This document shows positions 36,983-50,900 of a stretch of 64,000 bases of DNA, piece after piece (positions within the stretch are counted from its first letter, which is position 1; each line of letters starts with the position of its first letter). A model generated the notes under the pieces. That model worked only from the letters and a program-made list of their open reading frames with translations. It made no database searches and was not told the origin of the DNA. The translations under genes were made by a program, and so were the position numbers. Source of the stretch: Octopus sinensis (Eukaryota); the NCBI RefSeq assembly GCF_006345805.1, contig NC_043003.1, forward strand, positions 93,992,001 to 94,056,000, read 5' to 3'.

Positions 36983-37445
36983 TTAATGAAGCGAAATAGA
37001 TATAATTGAAGACTAAAATTGGTTTTAAAAAAGCTTACTATTCAGTCTCAATAATTATAAAGACAACATCTGGTTTCGTTCGGATACTTTAAGTACTAGT
37101 TTTTATACTAGTGAAGTACTAGTGAAGATGAAAGTTTTTGAATTGGACTAAATTGATAACTTGCATACCTTGCTGAATGTATTGTCTATCTTAACGGGAT
37201 TAAAACAAAATGCAAGACGAAATTAATTATTCTAAGAAAGTTAGTTAGGTATTCTACCGAGGTCCATAAAATACTAGACAGGAAAAATTGTCTGACACCG
37301 AGAACTTTATCATGAACTTTGGAAGTGAATGTAGAAGTATGTTGCTTTAATGTGATTTTAAACCCATCCATGGATTGCCAACGCAAAAGAAAAAGTATTT
37401 TGATTGGATTTATGATCTCTTAATGAGTTTTATTACCTTTACTTG

Positions 37446-37613
<168 letters not shown>

Positions 37614-37614
37614 C

Positions 37615-37800
37615 ATCATTGTGTTTCGTCCCATCATCGCTTGACAACCGGTGTTAGTTTGTTTATGTGCCCCTAACTTAGTGGCTCGGCAAAATGTAGC
37701 GATAGGGTACGTACAAGATTTAAATGCAAGTACTGTAGTTGATTTGTTCGACTGAAAGCATTCAAAGTTCGCCTAGAAGACTGAAACAAGTAAAAGATGA
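37615..37800 (+). mobile_element. SINE family A, 3' half
   Basis: catcgcttgacaaccgg...gactgaaacaagtaaaaga. Confidence 0.7.
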
Positions 37801-38991
37801 AAAAACAAAAAGAGTAACATTAGCATATAATTAGGTGTGAATATACAGTAATATACTGTCAGAGAAGCACAGGATGGTATTTCATTCATATCTTTCAAAG
37901 GAATTGTAATGACATGGAGAGAAAATGTTCTAACTGTGAAATAAAAACGAAATCTCCACAATACCAATTCTCACTTGTGAAAGGAATATATTTGCGCGAA
38001 CAAAACATAGAAATATGTTGTGAAAACTAGGAAATTAATATTTCGAGCGAAAATAAATCTCATCTTTCCAGAAAAAAGAACTGTTAAAGAAGTATGACGT
38101 TATAAGACGTAGCGAATATCTTGTGGGTTTCGGGAATGAGATTATCTTAGTTAACGTAGGTAATCTCACTCTCCACTTTTCAGGAAACCGTAATATACAT
38201 CTATATCATTAAGATTTTAACGTATTTTTTTAAAGAAAGCATATGTTGGAGTTTGCTACAATAAACCACCACTTTTCAATATTTTGATATTTATTTTGTG
38301 AAATACTACATACTATGATATAACCCTGACACTGTTGTTCTTCTCATTATCGGTATCATTCATATACATATGGCCACTTAGAGCGACCAAAATATCTGTC
38401 CAACTTCTCATCAGTCTCCTATGTGCCTGTAAGATATAATGGAAAATTCCGTTCTTTGCACCACGAAGAGGCTATTTTTATTCGTATAAAGAACACAAAA
38501 CAACAGTCTGTCTTAATGACAAGCCTACATAACAACAGTTGGCATGCAAAAGGAAATTAAATCGATATCGCTATTAAGAAGACGAAATGAAACAAAAAAG
38601 CATTATGTTATTATGGCAAATTCAGAAATAATCTGTTTTGGCACGGTTTACGGTTTTTCTGAGCACAAAGACACTGCTTCAATGAAATTTATAACTTTAT
38701 GAACGAAACATATCAAGTGAATGACCCTGTTTGAATGACCCTCCAAATATAGGCATATATAATATACACGCATATGTATCGGCAGATGGTAGTTTATACA
38801 CATAAATACGTATACATACACACACACACATAAGCGCAACACATAAACACACACATATGTAAGCATATAAAAATTATAAACTTAAACACAAGACACTTAA
38901 CGGGGAACGTATAAAGAATATGCTAATGTGAATCAAAACAGTGAAGGAGTGTGTGCGATAAAAATATATACGCTAACTAAACTCAAACAAA

Positions 38992-39030
38992 AGATCTAAC
39001 GTTTCGGATTTAAACCTTCATCAGAAGATG
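38992..39030 (-). ncRNA. Minimal HHR motif in PLE-like 3' fragment
   Basis: catctt-CTGATGA-A-ggtttaaatcc-GAAA-CG-TT-agatc; further eroded copy at about 39460-39500. Confidence 0.6.
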
Positions 39031-39138
39031 TAAAAAATGAAAATTCATGTTTGTTTAAATTGCAGTTAAGATTTTAAAATAAGAATCGTAAAGAAGAGGG
39101 AAAATAATAGAATGACGGAAAGATTAAAGTAAAGGAGT

Positions 39139-39174
<36 letters not shown>

Positions 39175-39650
39175 AAGAGAGAGAGAGTAGGAGAGAAATG
39201 TATAGTGTTATGTGAAATAGTAATTGTTACGATCAGCCCGGGTTCTAACGGTGATTTGTTCTGCGTAGGTGTCAGAATATCAGTAGGAGAAAGTTAAATA
39301 AGTAAAATGAAGGGAAGGATAGATGAAGGGAGAGTCAAAATATATACAAAACAAAAATTTAGACACGTAGATTACGGTGTGGAGAAAATGTAGAAAAAGG
39401 AAATGAAAACTGAAATATCAAATAAAGGTGGTGAATGAAAAAGAAAAGCATCGAAGAGGATGTCACGTTTCGTGTTAACCTATTAACAAGGAGAAATGAA
39501 AGAATTCAAGAAAGGAGGAAAAAAGAAAAAAAGAACAATGCGAAATTAACAAATAATACTGATATAATTTTTTGTACCTTCTGAAAACATACATTTATAT
39601 GTACGCGTGCTCATACGTACACACACACACACGAACGCACACACACACAC

Positions 39651-39706
<56 letters not shown>

Positions 39707-39879
39707 AAACGCGTGCTCATACGTACATGCACACACATATACATATATACACAGGACGATAGATAGATTGATAATCACTCATATAACCAAACAAATGTAC
39801 ACAGATATATTTTTAGAGAAATATTTCTTTCTCCCTCTTTCTCCATTTTTCTCGCTGCTCTCGCTCTCCCTGTATATAT

Positions 39880-39966
<87 letters not shown>

Positions 39967-39991
39967 ATGTGTATATATGTATATATATATG

Positions 39992-40042
<51 letters not shown>

Positions 40043-40559
40043 TATATATATGTAAATTTTGAACGGGGAAAATTAGCGCTCAACGCCGCCTTGGTGGATA
40101 TAATTTCTTTATTTGTAAATTAAGGCTACCACCGGTTTCATGATAAGATAAGTAGGAAACTATCCTAGTGTCTTAACAGTTTTTGAAGGCATTCACATTG
40201 AGAAAGGTGTTCGCGTCTATTTTGGAAAACACAGCCTTGTTTAGTTAACGGAGATTATTTTGAATTCATGTGACTAAAACAATGAATCAATGAATTAAGG
40301 TTGGCATCTTTTGGATATTTGTCTCCTCTGGATTTGCCTTTTGGGTAAATTGTTGTGTGGTCAATTTGTTTGCAGTATTTTGTTTTTGTTCTGGGCATGT
40401 ATGCATTTGTATGAACACACTCACACACATATATGCATATCTTACCTTACTTTAATTTTAATTTTGATAATAACCCTAGACCATAAATTATCCCCACATA
40501 TTTGTATAAGTAAAAGTCTTATATCTAACTGAAATCATTGTAGGTCAACACTGCTTAAG

Positions 40560-41150
40560 ATGCTAATTTAGACATACTTTAATGATACTTTTATCTTTAA
40601 TGATACTTTTATCTTCTACATCCCTTGTGATGAAGGAATAACGTCCACAGCGTTAAAACAACTTTTCTCGTCAAACGTTAAGCTAAATAATACCTTATTT
40701 GTAAAACTTTGTTCCTTCTGTGTTTTTTTTTAATCATTTATTCTATTCATGCCGTAGCGTAAACGCTTATGCGGACTTCTGGATTAAAACTCAGAACTTG
40801 AACGTTGAAGTCTACGCTAAGTTATTGCCTGAATTACTCTGAACATTATTTTACTGCTCTTTGAAATCTATGTAATCTCTTACGATTTCCTTGCCTGTTT
40901 CCTTATTTTTCTCTCTTCCATTCGCTTTCATAAATGCTTTCATATCTTACGATTGCTTCTCACATTCATACTGTATTTTATATAACATCTGTTATTATTA
41001 TTATTATTTTTTTTTTTTTTGCATCACTGGCTATTCCTCTTTATCGCTTCTTCCATGCGTCTTGCTTTTGATAAAGGATTCACGTTTCAAACGTCAAGCT
41101 GATTTATCTTTCCTTCCAAGTGAATCTAATTAATACCTTATTTGCCAAAC
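40560..41150 (+). mobile_element. Partially tandem PLE-like 3' repeats with eroded HHR motifs
   Basis: gtgatgaaggaataacgtcc..cgtta at about 40628 and gcttTTGATAAAGGattcacgtttcAAACGTCaagc at about 41063; both followed by aataccttatttg. Confidence 0.45.
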
Positions 41151-41181
41151 AGCATTGCTCCTCTAATATCCTGTATTGTTA

Positions 41182-41232
<51 letters not shown>

Positions 41233-41859
41233 TATATATATATTATATATATATATATAAGTATTATCATTAAAAAATAACAATTTATATCAGTGGCCAG
41301 CATGTGTAAAAAAAAGTCCAAGGACGTTATATATATATGTGTGTATGTATGTATGTATGTATGTATGTATGTATGTATGTATGTATGTATGTATGTATAT
41401 ATATATATATATATGCATACATTTTTAGATATGTATGTGTATGCGTCTAGGTGGGGTATAATCAGTTCGATAGAAATATAGGTTCTCTCCCAATAGCATA
41501 TGTAACGTAGGCGGTTCGCATAATGACCATCTACTGATAAACACGACATTACACTGCAAGAAATGAAATTGTTCATACAGAGTAGATACACAAAAATGCG
41601 TGTGACAGTGTATAACATTCAAAAACCATTGATTCAATGAAAGTGTATAAATTGTTACCAATCATTACAGGATCCATTAAAAGTATCTTAACATGATGGA
41701 AGACAAATGTGTTACTAAATAAAATATTTAAATCCTGAAATTATTAATTCTAAAACTGTTACATTCCCAGCAGATTCACTTTCACTATTTTAGCTCGGTC
41801 TAATTCCTTTTTCTATTATGTGTAGCTGTAGTCTCAAACATTCATGATGTGTGGGTGGA

Positions 41860-42385
41860 AGCATGATCTGACAATTGCTGTATGAAGTTATATGTCCAGT
41901 TTCGAGACAGCTTGAAAACCTGTTTTATACTGTAAAACGTCATAGCAGAAACATGGAATATATGTCTGGAAAATGCCGCAGGGCTGCATTAGGAAACGAT
42001 TAGGTTGACCAAATAGGTAAAAAGTGACTTCGAAATCAGTCATAATATTTTAACGAGTTTTGTATAAATGGGTCATTCAGCTATCTGGGTATCGACGAAA
42101 GTGAGTATTCTCAGATTGGCAGAATGAAAGAACAAATCCATAAAGGATATATTCGATGGCATTAGGATGATACTGAAATGTAAACTCAACTCGAAAAATA
42201 AGATGAAGAAATTGATTGCTTTTACCTGTTGCTGGATCAGGTTAGGGCTCCAATGGGTAAAATATAATATGAAAAAGTTAAAAAATAACAAGACAAATAT
42301 CGGAAAACTGTTGACTAAATTTAGCCTACATCTCCCAAAAACTGACATACAACATATGTATATCTCCAGATAGAACGGAGGAAGA
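41860..42385 (+). pseudogene. Decayed R4/Dong-like RT C-terminal remnant
   Basis: FSYLGIDE..MKEQIHKGYIR..RMILKCKLNSKNK..LHLPKTDIQHMYISR*NGGR. Confidence 0.7.
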
Positions 42386-42884
42386 GACGTCTTTTGGAAC
42401 CTGGGATCTTTTATAAATCCGGTATAATTAAACTAAATATATTCCTTTTCTTCTTTTTTTTTGCATTAAACATTTGCTAAACATTAAAGTAAAGGGTTGC
42501 ACTCCATCGTAAAGAAGCATATAAATATGTGACAAAACGAAAGTTTTCTACCACAGATTTCTTCAGAAATTTAACAAACCCTCTTATTGAATACGAATTC
42601 ACTGCAGAAATGATTGATTCAGTAACAGAAGTTATAGATCTAAACTAAAATTTCAAACAGAGCAATCGATTTGCGACAAAAGAACAGTAAAAACAACAAC
42701 ATTACTTATGAATAAGAACTTATAATTGTGACTTAATGTGACACATTTATGGCAGACTGGATAAACAATATGTAATTCGCATGCTTTTTCGAAAACATTG
42801 AAGTTTTAAGTGAAATGGATGTTATTCAATTGCTAAACTTAGATTGTAACTCCGTTTATTCTAAGCCACTCTCGCCAAATTTTT

Positions 42885-43115
42885 TCTTTTATTCTTTTAC
42901 TTGTTTCAGTCATTTGACGGCGGCCATGTTGGAGCACCGCCTTTAGTCGAGCAAATCGACCCCAGGACTTATTATTTGTAAGTCTAGTACTTATTCTATC
43001 GGAGCTCTTGCCAAACCGCTATGTGACGGGGACATAAACACACCAGCATCGGTTGTCAACCGATATTGGGGGGACAAACACAGACACACAAACACACACA
43101 CATACGCACACACAC

Positions 43116-43184
<69 letters not shown>

Positions 43185-43345
43185 CGACGGGCTTCTTTCA
43201 GTTTCCGTTTACCAAATCCACTCAAGGATTTGGTCGGCCCGAAGCTATTATAGAAGACACTTGCCCAAGGTGTCATGCAGTGGGACTGAACCCAGAACCA
43301 TGTGGCTGGTAAGCAAGCTACTTACCACACAGTCACTCCTGCGCC
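42885..43345 (-). mobile_element. SINE family A, full-length with internal (CA)n(TA)n
   Basis: Reverse complement of 3921-4335. Confidence 0.9.
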
Positions 43346-44435
43346 TAAGTATTGTCTAAATATTGTTCACAGTGACAAATACATGGGTAGTATAGGGATC
43401 TTGTAAATTTATTTAAAATATATTTATCTATTTGTGGTAAATGCATTCTTTTATCTGAAAATATTCGAAACAACATAGTTTTGTTCGACCTTTAGTCGGA
43501 GAAGAGTATTTAACCATTATCGTAATGCTTGAGTTTTCTTTGTCAGTAAAAGGATGTGTAGACATAATATTCTGAAAGAAAACTTGTTATAGCTTTTTCG
43601 ATCTTTTTTGTCAGGTAAGTGTTTGCCAAAACCACACAACTAGTCCTCTAGACCGGAGATTTGCTGAGCATATAAAATCAACTTAAATATAAAAATAATA
43701 TAATATGACAGCAATGTGAGGGCATGAAGGATAATTCTATTTCACGAAAAGAAGCAAAAAATATAGCTGAGTTGAGCTTTTCGTGTGGGAGTCTTATAGA
43801 TAGTATTTCTCTTCATAAATGTTTGAACTGTTTGCAACAAACGTTTGTGTTGGAGGAATTCATTAGAAATAGAAAGAAACTAATATTATTAGTATTTTGA
43901 CTAAGCTGTAGCATTAATAATTCAAAGACATCAATCATTTCTATATATATAAATTATATAAATGAATACCTGGACTATTGAAAAAAAGCCAAGTAGATTT
44001 ATACATGCGGTAAGAGGAAAAACACATCACTCAATAAGTAATGTTTTTTTTCCGGCAATCGTGCGTTTCTTTTCTTTTTGTAGCTTATCAGCTAAGCTTA
44101 GCGTAAATGATTCCACTAAGTAAATGTGTAGAATACTACTTAAACTATAAATCGAAACACGTCCGTAGTATTTTCCCGTTACGATAAATATCGATTTTTC
44201 TTTTACTTTCTGTTTATTTCCAGCTAGTATCTTTTTTCTCTTAAGGACCTGTACATGAAGTATGTTATCTGTATCTTATGTTCCCTAGGCAAAGTAAAGA
44301 TCTTTAAATTAATAACATTAATCATTGCTCTGCTTTACAAAACATAGGAAGACCTAAATTAAACTATCAAGTAGTTGATATATTCCAGTGGATTTCAATG
44401 AACATTAGTTCGAATAAAAACTGTAAATATTCTGC

Positions 44436-44436
<1 letters not shown>

Positions 44437-44480
<44 letters not shown>

Positions 44481-44508
44481 AATGATAATGATAATGATAA
44501 TGATGATG

Positions 44509-44557
<49 letters not shown>
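44437..44557. repeat. (GAT)n grading into (AAT)n
   Basis: Direct observation. Confidence 0.95.
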
Positions 44558-44559
<2 letters not shown>

Positions 44560-44920
44560 CACATGGTTCCGGGTTCAGTCCCACTGCGTGGCATCTTGGG
44601 CAAGTGTCTTCTGTTATAGCCCCGGGCCGACCAATGCCTTGTGAGTGGATTTGGTAGACGGAAATTGAAAGAAGCCTGTCGTAAATATATACATATATAT
44701 ATATATATGTACGTGTGTGTGTTTGTCCCCCTAGCATTGCTTGACAACCGATGCTGGTGTGTTTACGTCCCGTCACTTAGCGGTTCGGCAAAAGAGACCG
44801 ATAGAATAAGTACTGGGCTTACAAAGAATAAGTCCCGGGGTCGATTTGCCCGACTAAAGGCGGTGCTCCAGCATGGCCGCAGTCAAATGATTGAAACAAG
44901 TAAAAGAGTAAAAGAGTAAA
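44558..44920 (+). mobile_element. SINE family A, lacking A-box
   Basis: B-box, central domain and 3' half present. Confidence 0.9.
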
Positions 44921-44923
44921 GAG

Positions 44924-45411
44924 TACATTGTTTTGTATTGGTATAAAAGATGGGCTACAGCAAATATTCTGCTCAATACCACATATTTGCGTGTCACTTG
45001 TTTAACCGTAACCAGTTGAGCATGACCCTTAGCGGCTGACGATATGTGCATCTCTGATCACGAGCAGAAGTAGTGGGGGAGCATCATAGCCATGTGTTGA
45101 GAGGGATTCTTTGGGGTTTGAATAATTCACCTCTGGAAACATGGGTGGTTCTTTTAACATCCTTAAACAACCCTTATTCAGGGACCTTTTGAGCGGGATG
45201 GGCTACTCAACCTGAAGAAAAAATTCTAACTGGGCCCCACCTGCAAGGTCATGTGCTGTTTATCTTGATATGAGATCACCATGTCGCGCACATATGGTTG
45301 TGATGCATGTGCCTGGTGTACCCTTATCAGACGGGTAGTCATGATGGGCATATTGGGCTTCGTATATTTTACCCCAGTGTCACTTTGATGGCATTCACTG
45401 CTCTCTCACTC
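44924..45411 (+). mobile_element. About 500-bp non-coding AAT-tailed repeat, copy 1
   Basis: Aligns by eye with 52856-53363 and 57896-58449; ends ctctctcactc-(aat)n. Confidence 0.8.
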
Positions 45412-45453
45412 AATAATAATAATAATAATAATAATAATATTAATAACGATAAT

Positions 45454-47712
45454 AAAACCAGAAAACTACAGACCTATAACCGTTCTCCATACAATGTACA
45501 AAGCATTTACTGCAGTAATATCACAAATATTAAACAAACACTTGGACGAAAACAACCTGCTTCCAGAAGAGCAGAAAGGATGCCGCAAAGGCTCATATGG
45601 CTGTGAAGATCAACTAATGATCAATAGAGCCATAACTGAAGACAGCCACAGACAGAAGAAAGGCCTCAGTATGGCCTGGATCGACTACAGAAAGGCGTTT
45701 GATAGCATCCCCCACGCATGGATCCTCGAAACACTAGCCATTAACAAAGTAGCACCAAAAATTATAAAATACAAAAGACACTCTATGAATAAATGGCAAA
45801 CAGTGCTACAACTCCAAACAAGGGAGGGACTCGTGAAAATCAAACCATCCCCATTAGAAGAGGAATATTCCAGGGAGGCACGCTCTCTCCACTCCTTTTC
45901 TGCTTGGCACTGTCACCTCTATCTGATATGCTAAATAGAACTGGATGCAGATGTAAATGTTACGGCAAAACGATCAGCCACCTTTTATATATGGATGACC
46001 TAAAATTATACGCTCCAAATGACAAACAGCTGGAAACACTATTACAGACAGTTCATGGATTCACCAAAGAAATAGATATGAAATTTGGATTAGAAAAATG
46101 CGCCAAAGTAACCCTGAAAAGAGGAAAACTAGTTAAGAGTATCAACGTCACACTAGATAAAACCAATGAAATAAGAGAATTAAACCAAAGCCAAACTTAC
46201 AAATATTTAGGAATCCATGAACTAAATAAGACACAACACACACAAATGAAAGAGAAGATAAAGAAAGAATACTATAGACGAGTTAGATCAATAATAAAAA
46301 CAGAGCGCAATGCTAAAAACAAGATAATAGGTATTAACACTTTAGCCGCCCCAGTTATAAGTTACAGCTACAATATCGTTAACTAGACGCTAATTGAACT
46401 AATCAAAATAGATAGGAAAACAAGAAAAATAATGACAGGATCTAGGATGCATCACCCAAAATCTGACATAGAAAGGCTATATATACAACGTATAGAAGGT
46501 GATAGAGGCCTTATAAAGCTGGAAAACTACTATAAAATAACCACCATAGGACTGCAAAAATACCTACTTCAGAAGCAAGGAAAACTGATACAAATAGCGG
46601 CAAAACACGAGCAAAACAAAACATTGTACTCAGTATTTAAGGAAGCTGACAAATACATACAAGAAATCATATCACCTAACAAATATGAAGAAGAAGAAGA
46701 AGAAGAAGAAGAAGAAGAGAAGAAGAAGAAGAAGAAGAAGAAGAAGAAGAAGAAGAAGAAGAAGAAGAAGAAGAAAAGACAACAAAAGCAATAAAGCAAA
46801 TGAAATCAAAACTAAAGCTAGAATAGCAACGGACCATGATAAAACGATGTCAAGAAAAGCCCCTTCATGGCATGTACTGGACTAAACTAAATGCAAAAGA
46901 AATAGACAAAGAAAAATCGCAGCAATGGTTGAGAAGCTCAGGTCTCAAAGCAGAGACAGAGGGATTTTTAATTGCAGCACAAGACCAAAGCCTCCCCACC
47001 AGAAATTACCAAAAACATGTAATCAAAAGAAATATAACAAGTAACTGCAGAATATGTGGAGATGGACAAGAAACAATAAATCATATTATCTCTGGCTGCC
47101 CAGTCCTGGCTAAGAAGGAATATATTCACAGACACGACAGAGTTGGGAGCTACATACACTGGAAGCTATGCTAACAATATGGAATAACAACAGAAAAAAG
47201 ATGGTATAGACACATACCAGAAAAGGTCACAGAAAACGAGAAAGCAACCATACTCTGGGATATGCCGATACACACAGGTAGAGAAATTAAGGCCAACAGA
47301 CCAGATATAGTTGTCAGAGATCATGAAGAAAAAAATGCTTTCTAATTGATGTATCACTACCAGCAGATGACAACGTATCTCTAAAAGAAATGGAGAAACT
47401 TTCAAAATACAAAGACCTGGAAATAGAGGTAACTAGAATTTGGAATCTAAAAACAGAAACAATTCCTATCATAGTAGGCGCATGAGGTATGCTAAAAAAA
47501 TATTCAGACAAATACATAACAAAAACACCAGGAATTACAAACACATATAACATACAGAAAATTGCACTACTAGGCACTGCACACATCCTACGCAGAACAC
47601 TTTCAATACAGTAACCATCAGAGCATCACAACAAATCACAGCACATACCCAAGGCACACAGAGCTGCGCTCGGTAGTGAAGTGAAAGCCCGTTATAAAAA
47701 TAAAACTACTGA
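45454..47712 (+). mobile_element. R4/Dong-clade RLE non-LTR retrotransposon, 5'-truncated
   Basis: RT (AWIDYRKAFDS, RGIFQG, YMDDLKLY), CCHC knuckle (CRICG..ETINHIISGC), RLE (NRPDIVVRD); same 3' UTR as 47972-51954; (AAT)n both sides. Confidence 0.95.
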
Positions 47713-47715
47713 ATG

Positions 47716-47717
<2 letters not shown>

Positions 47718-47752
<35 letters not shown>

Positions 47753-47886
47753 TGATGATAATGGTGATGATGATGATGATGATGATGATGATAACAATAA
47801 TAATAATTATAATAGTAATAATAATAATAATAATAATAATGATTATTATGATGATGATGATAATGATAATAATAATAATAATGATG

Positions 47887-47961
<75 letters not shown>

Positions 47962-47970
47962 GTAATAATA
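47718..47970. repeat. (AAT)n/(GAT)n tract between two R4/Dong copies
   Basis: Direct observation; similar tracts at 51955-52125, 53820-54033, 54173-54257, 55195-55295, 57720-57880 and 58450-58511. Confidence 0.95.
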
Positions 47971-47971
47971 A

Positions 47972-50900
47972 CACCGGGGGACGTTTAAGAGAGAACACCG
48001 GGGGACGTTTAAGATGTAAGAAGGAAAATACAGAGCTCCGAAATCTATCCACAAACATCGAAAACAAGGACATCCTACGGAGCCAAAGATTTACTAACAA
48101 AGAATTGGACTGTATCCGAGTAAGTAATACTAATTGAAATTTATTACTATTTTCGAAACGAAATGATGTATTTTGACTCGATATCATCTCCACCTCTAAC
48201 ACAACACATGTAAACATGCATGGAACATCACGATCATCCCCGACCCCAAACACCATGTACAAAGGAACTACGAAGAAATTAAATGCCACCGATACTATTC
48301 AACCCAAGAATAACAATCGAGCGGTACGTACATTAAACTTACAACAAAAAATGTACGAAAAACTACACGTGCGAAATAATGTGACAACAGAAATAAACGG
48401 ACCGGTACCCTACGAAAATGACGACCGTCAAAATAATGGGCCGGACGTTGTTCCTCATGTCCCGCAAATAAAACCCAAAAGACGTAAATGGACACGTGAG
48501 GAATACACTTCCATCTTACACGCATACTTCACAGCTGTGCTCTACCCACAAAATGAAAATACAACAACACATACATATAAAATATGGAAGGAAAATAATA
48601 GAGATATAGACTTGGATACAGCAATGAACCCTAATAAATTAGCTAACGTACGAAGATACATTCTCAACACAAAAAATATCAGAAATAGAGATAGAACATC
48701 TAAAAGAAAAAATACACCAGGAAAATGTAGATAGAAGCCACACAACAATGCCCAATAATATAGACACTGAAACTGTAAAACACGAAGACAAACGCAACAT
48801 TCCCAACAAACACGATGTAAACAACGAAGGGGAGCCTAATGATTATAATAATATAAAAAATAAAATAATCAAAGAACTGAAAACCACAGAGCTCAAAATG
48901 GACCACCGACCATACCTCCCAAGAATCAAAATAAACGAAATAACAACACCAATTATAAACAACATAAACCTAACCGTCACGGAACTAATAGCCACTAAAA
49001 CAAAAAAAAGAGATATCACTGAGCTAAATGACTTAATATACGCATCAGCCACTGCAGCCACAAAAGAAGCTGGATACTCAACCAAACCCGTCCAAACAGG
49101 AGTACCACCACCCAAACAAACCCTGTCGATAAATAACATCCAAAACAAAATAAAAAAATTAGAAAAGACCTGTCGATACTTAATGAAATCAGCAAACAAT
49201 CAACGCTACTGAGCAACAAAAAGAAAACAAAAATACTCCGCAAATATAACATCACAGAGAAAGATTTGCCTGAGATAAAAGAAAAGCTGAAGCAAGATAT
49301 CCTTGCCAAAGCACAAAGGATCCGCCGGTACGAGAAACGCCAAGGCTTCTTTGAACAAAACAAAAAGTTCAACTCCAACCCCAAAAAGTTCTACCAAGAA
49401 CTGGGCAAAAATAAGATAGAAGTCACTGCAGCACCAACGGCAGAAGAATTGGAAGAATTCTGGAGAGAAATATGGTCGGCGAACGAACAACCAAAAAAAA
49501 GGAGTATCAAAATAACAAACTCGGCATCTGAACAACTTTGGACCCCCATAACAACTGAAGAGGTCACCCAGGCACTGCAAAGACTAAGCAACTGGAAGGC
49601 ACCTGGGCATGACAAGATCCCCAACTTCTGGTTGAAATATCTAACAGGAATGCACAAAAAGCTGGCTGAAAACTTTAACAACATACTAGCAGAGCCAGAG
49701 ACAATGCCTGAATGGCTTACGAAGGGGAAAACCATCTTAATTCCCAAATCAAATGAAACAGCAAAACCAGAAAACTACAGACCTATAACCTGCCTCCCTA
49801 CTATGTTCAAGGCATTTACTGCAGTGATATCGCAAAGGCTGAACAAGCACCTGGACGAAAACAAACTGTTCCCAGAAGAGCAGAAAGGATGCCGCAAAGG
49901 CTCATATGGCTGTAAAGATCAACTAATGATTAATAAAGCCATAACTGAAGACAGCCACAGAAAGAAGAAAGGCCTCAGTATGGCCTGGATTGACTACAAA
50001 AAGGCGTTTGATAGCACCCCCACACATGGATCCTCGAAACACTAGCCATTAACAAAGTAGCACCAACAATCATAAAATTCATAGAGAACTCTATGAATAA
50101 ATGGCAAACAGTCCTACACCTCCGAACAAAAGAGGGACTCATGAAAACCAAAGACATCCCCATTAGAAGAGGAATATTCCAGGGAGACACGCCCTCTCCA
50201 CTCCTTTTCTGCTTGGCACTGTCACCTCTATCTGATATGCTAAATAGAACTGGATGCGGATATAAATGTTACGGCAAAACGATCAGCCACCTTTTATATA
50301 TGGATGACCTAAAACTATACGCTGCAAATGACAAACAGCTGGAAACACTATTACAGACAGTTCATGGATTTACCAAAGAAATAGATATGAAATTTGGATT
50401 AGAAAAATGCGCCAAAGTAACCAGGAAAAGAGGAAAACTAGTTAAGAGTAACAACATCACACTAGATAAAACCAATGAAATAAAAGAATTAGACCAAAGC
50501 CAAACTTACAAATACTTAGGAATCCATGAACTAGATAAGACACAACACACACAAATGAAAGAGAAAATAAAAAAAGAATATTATTGACGAGTTAGATCAA
50601 TACTAAAAACAGAGCTCAATGCTAAAAACAAGATAATAGGTATCAACACTTTAGCTGTCCCAGTTATAAGTTACAGCTACAATATCCTTAACTGGACACT
50701 AATGAACTGACCAAAATAGATAGGAAAACAAGAAAAATAATGACAGGATCTAGGATGCATCACCCAAAATCTGACATAGAAAGACTATATATACAACGTA
50801 TAGAAGGTGGTAGAGGCCTCATACAGCTGGAAAACTACTATAAAATAACCACCATAGGACTGCAAAAATATCTACTTCAGAAGGAAGGAAAACTGATCCA

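Noticed and set aside
48035-48092. HDV-like ribozyme or pseudoknot in the R4/Dong 5' UTR (gctccg/cggagc, aaatct/agattt)
   Set aside because: Only 3 nt separate the two 3' strands, leaving no room for P1.1, P4 or the catalytic J4/2.
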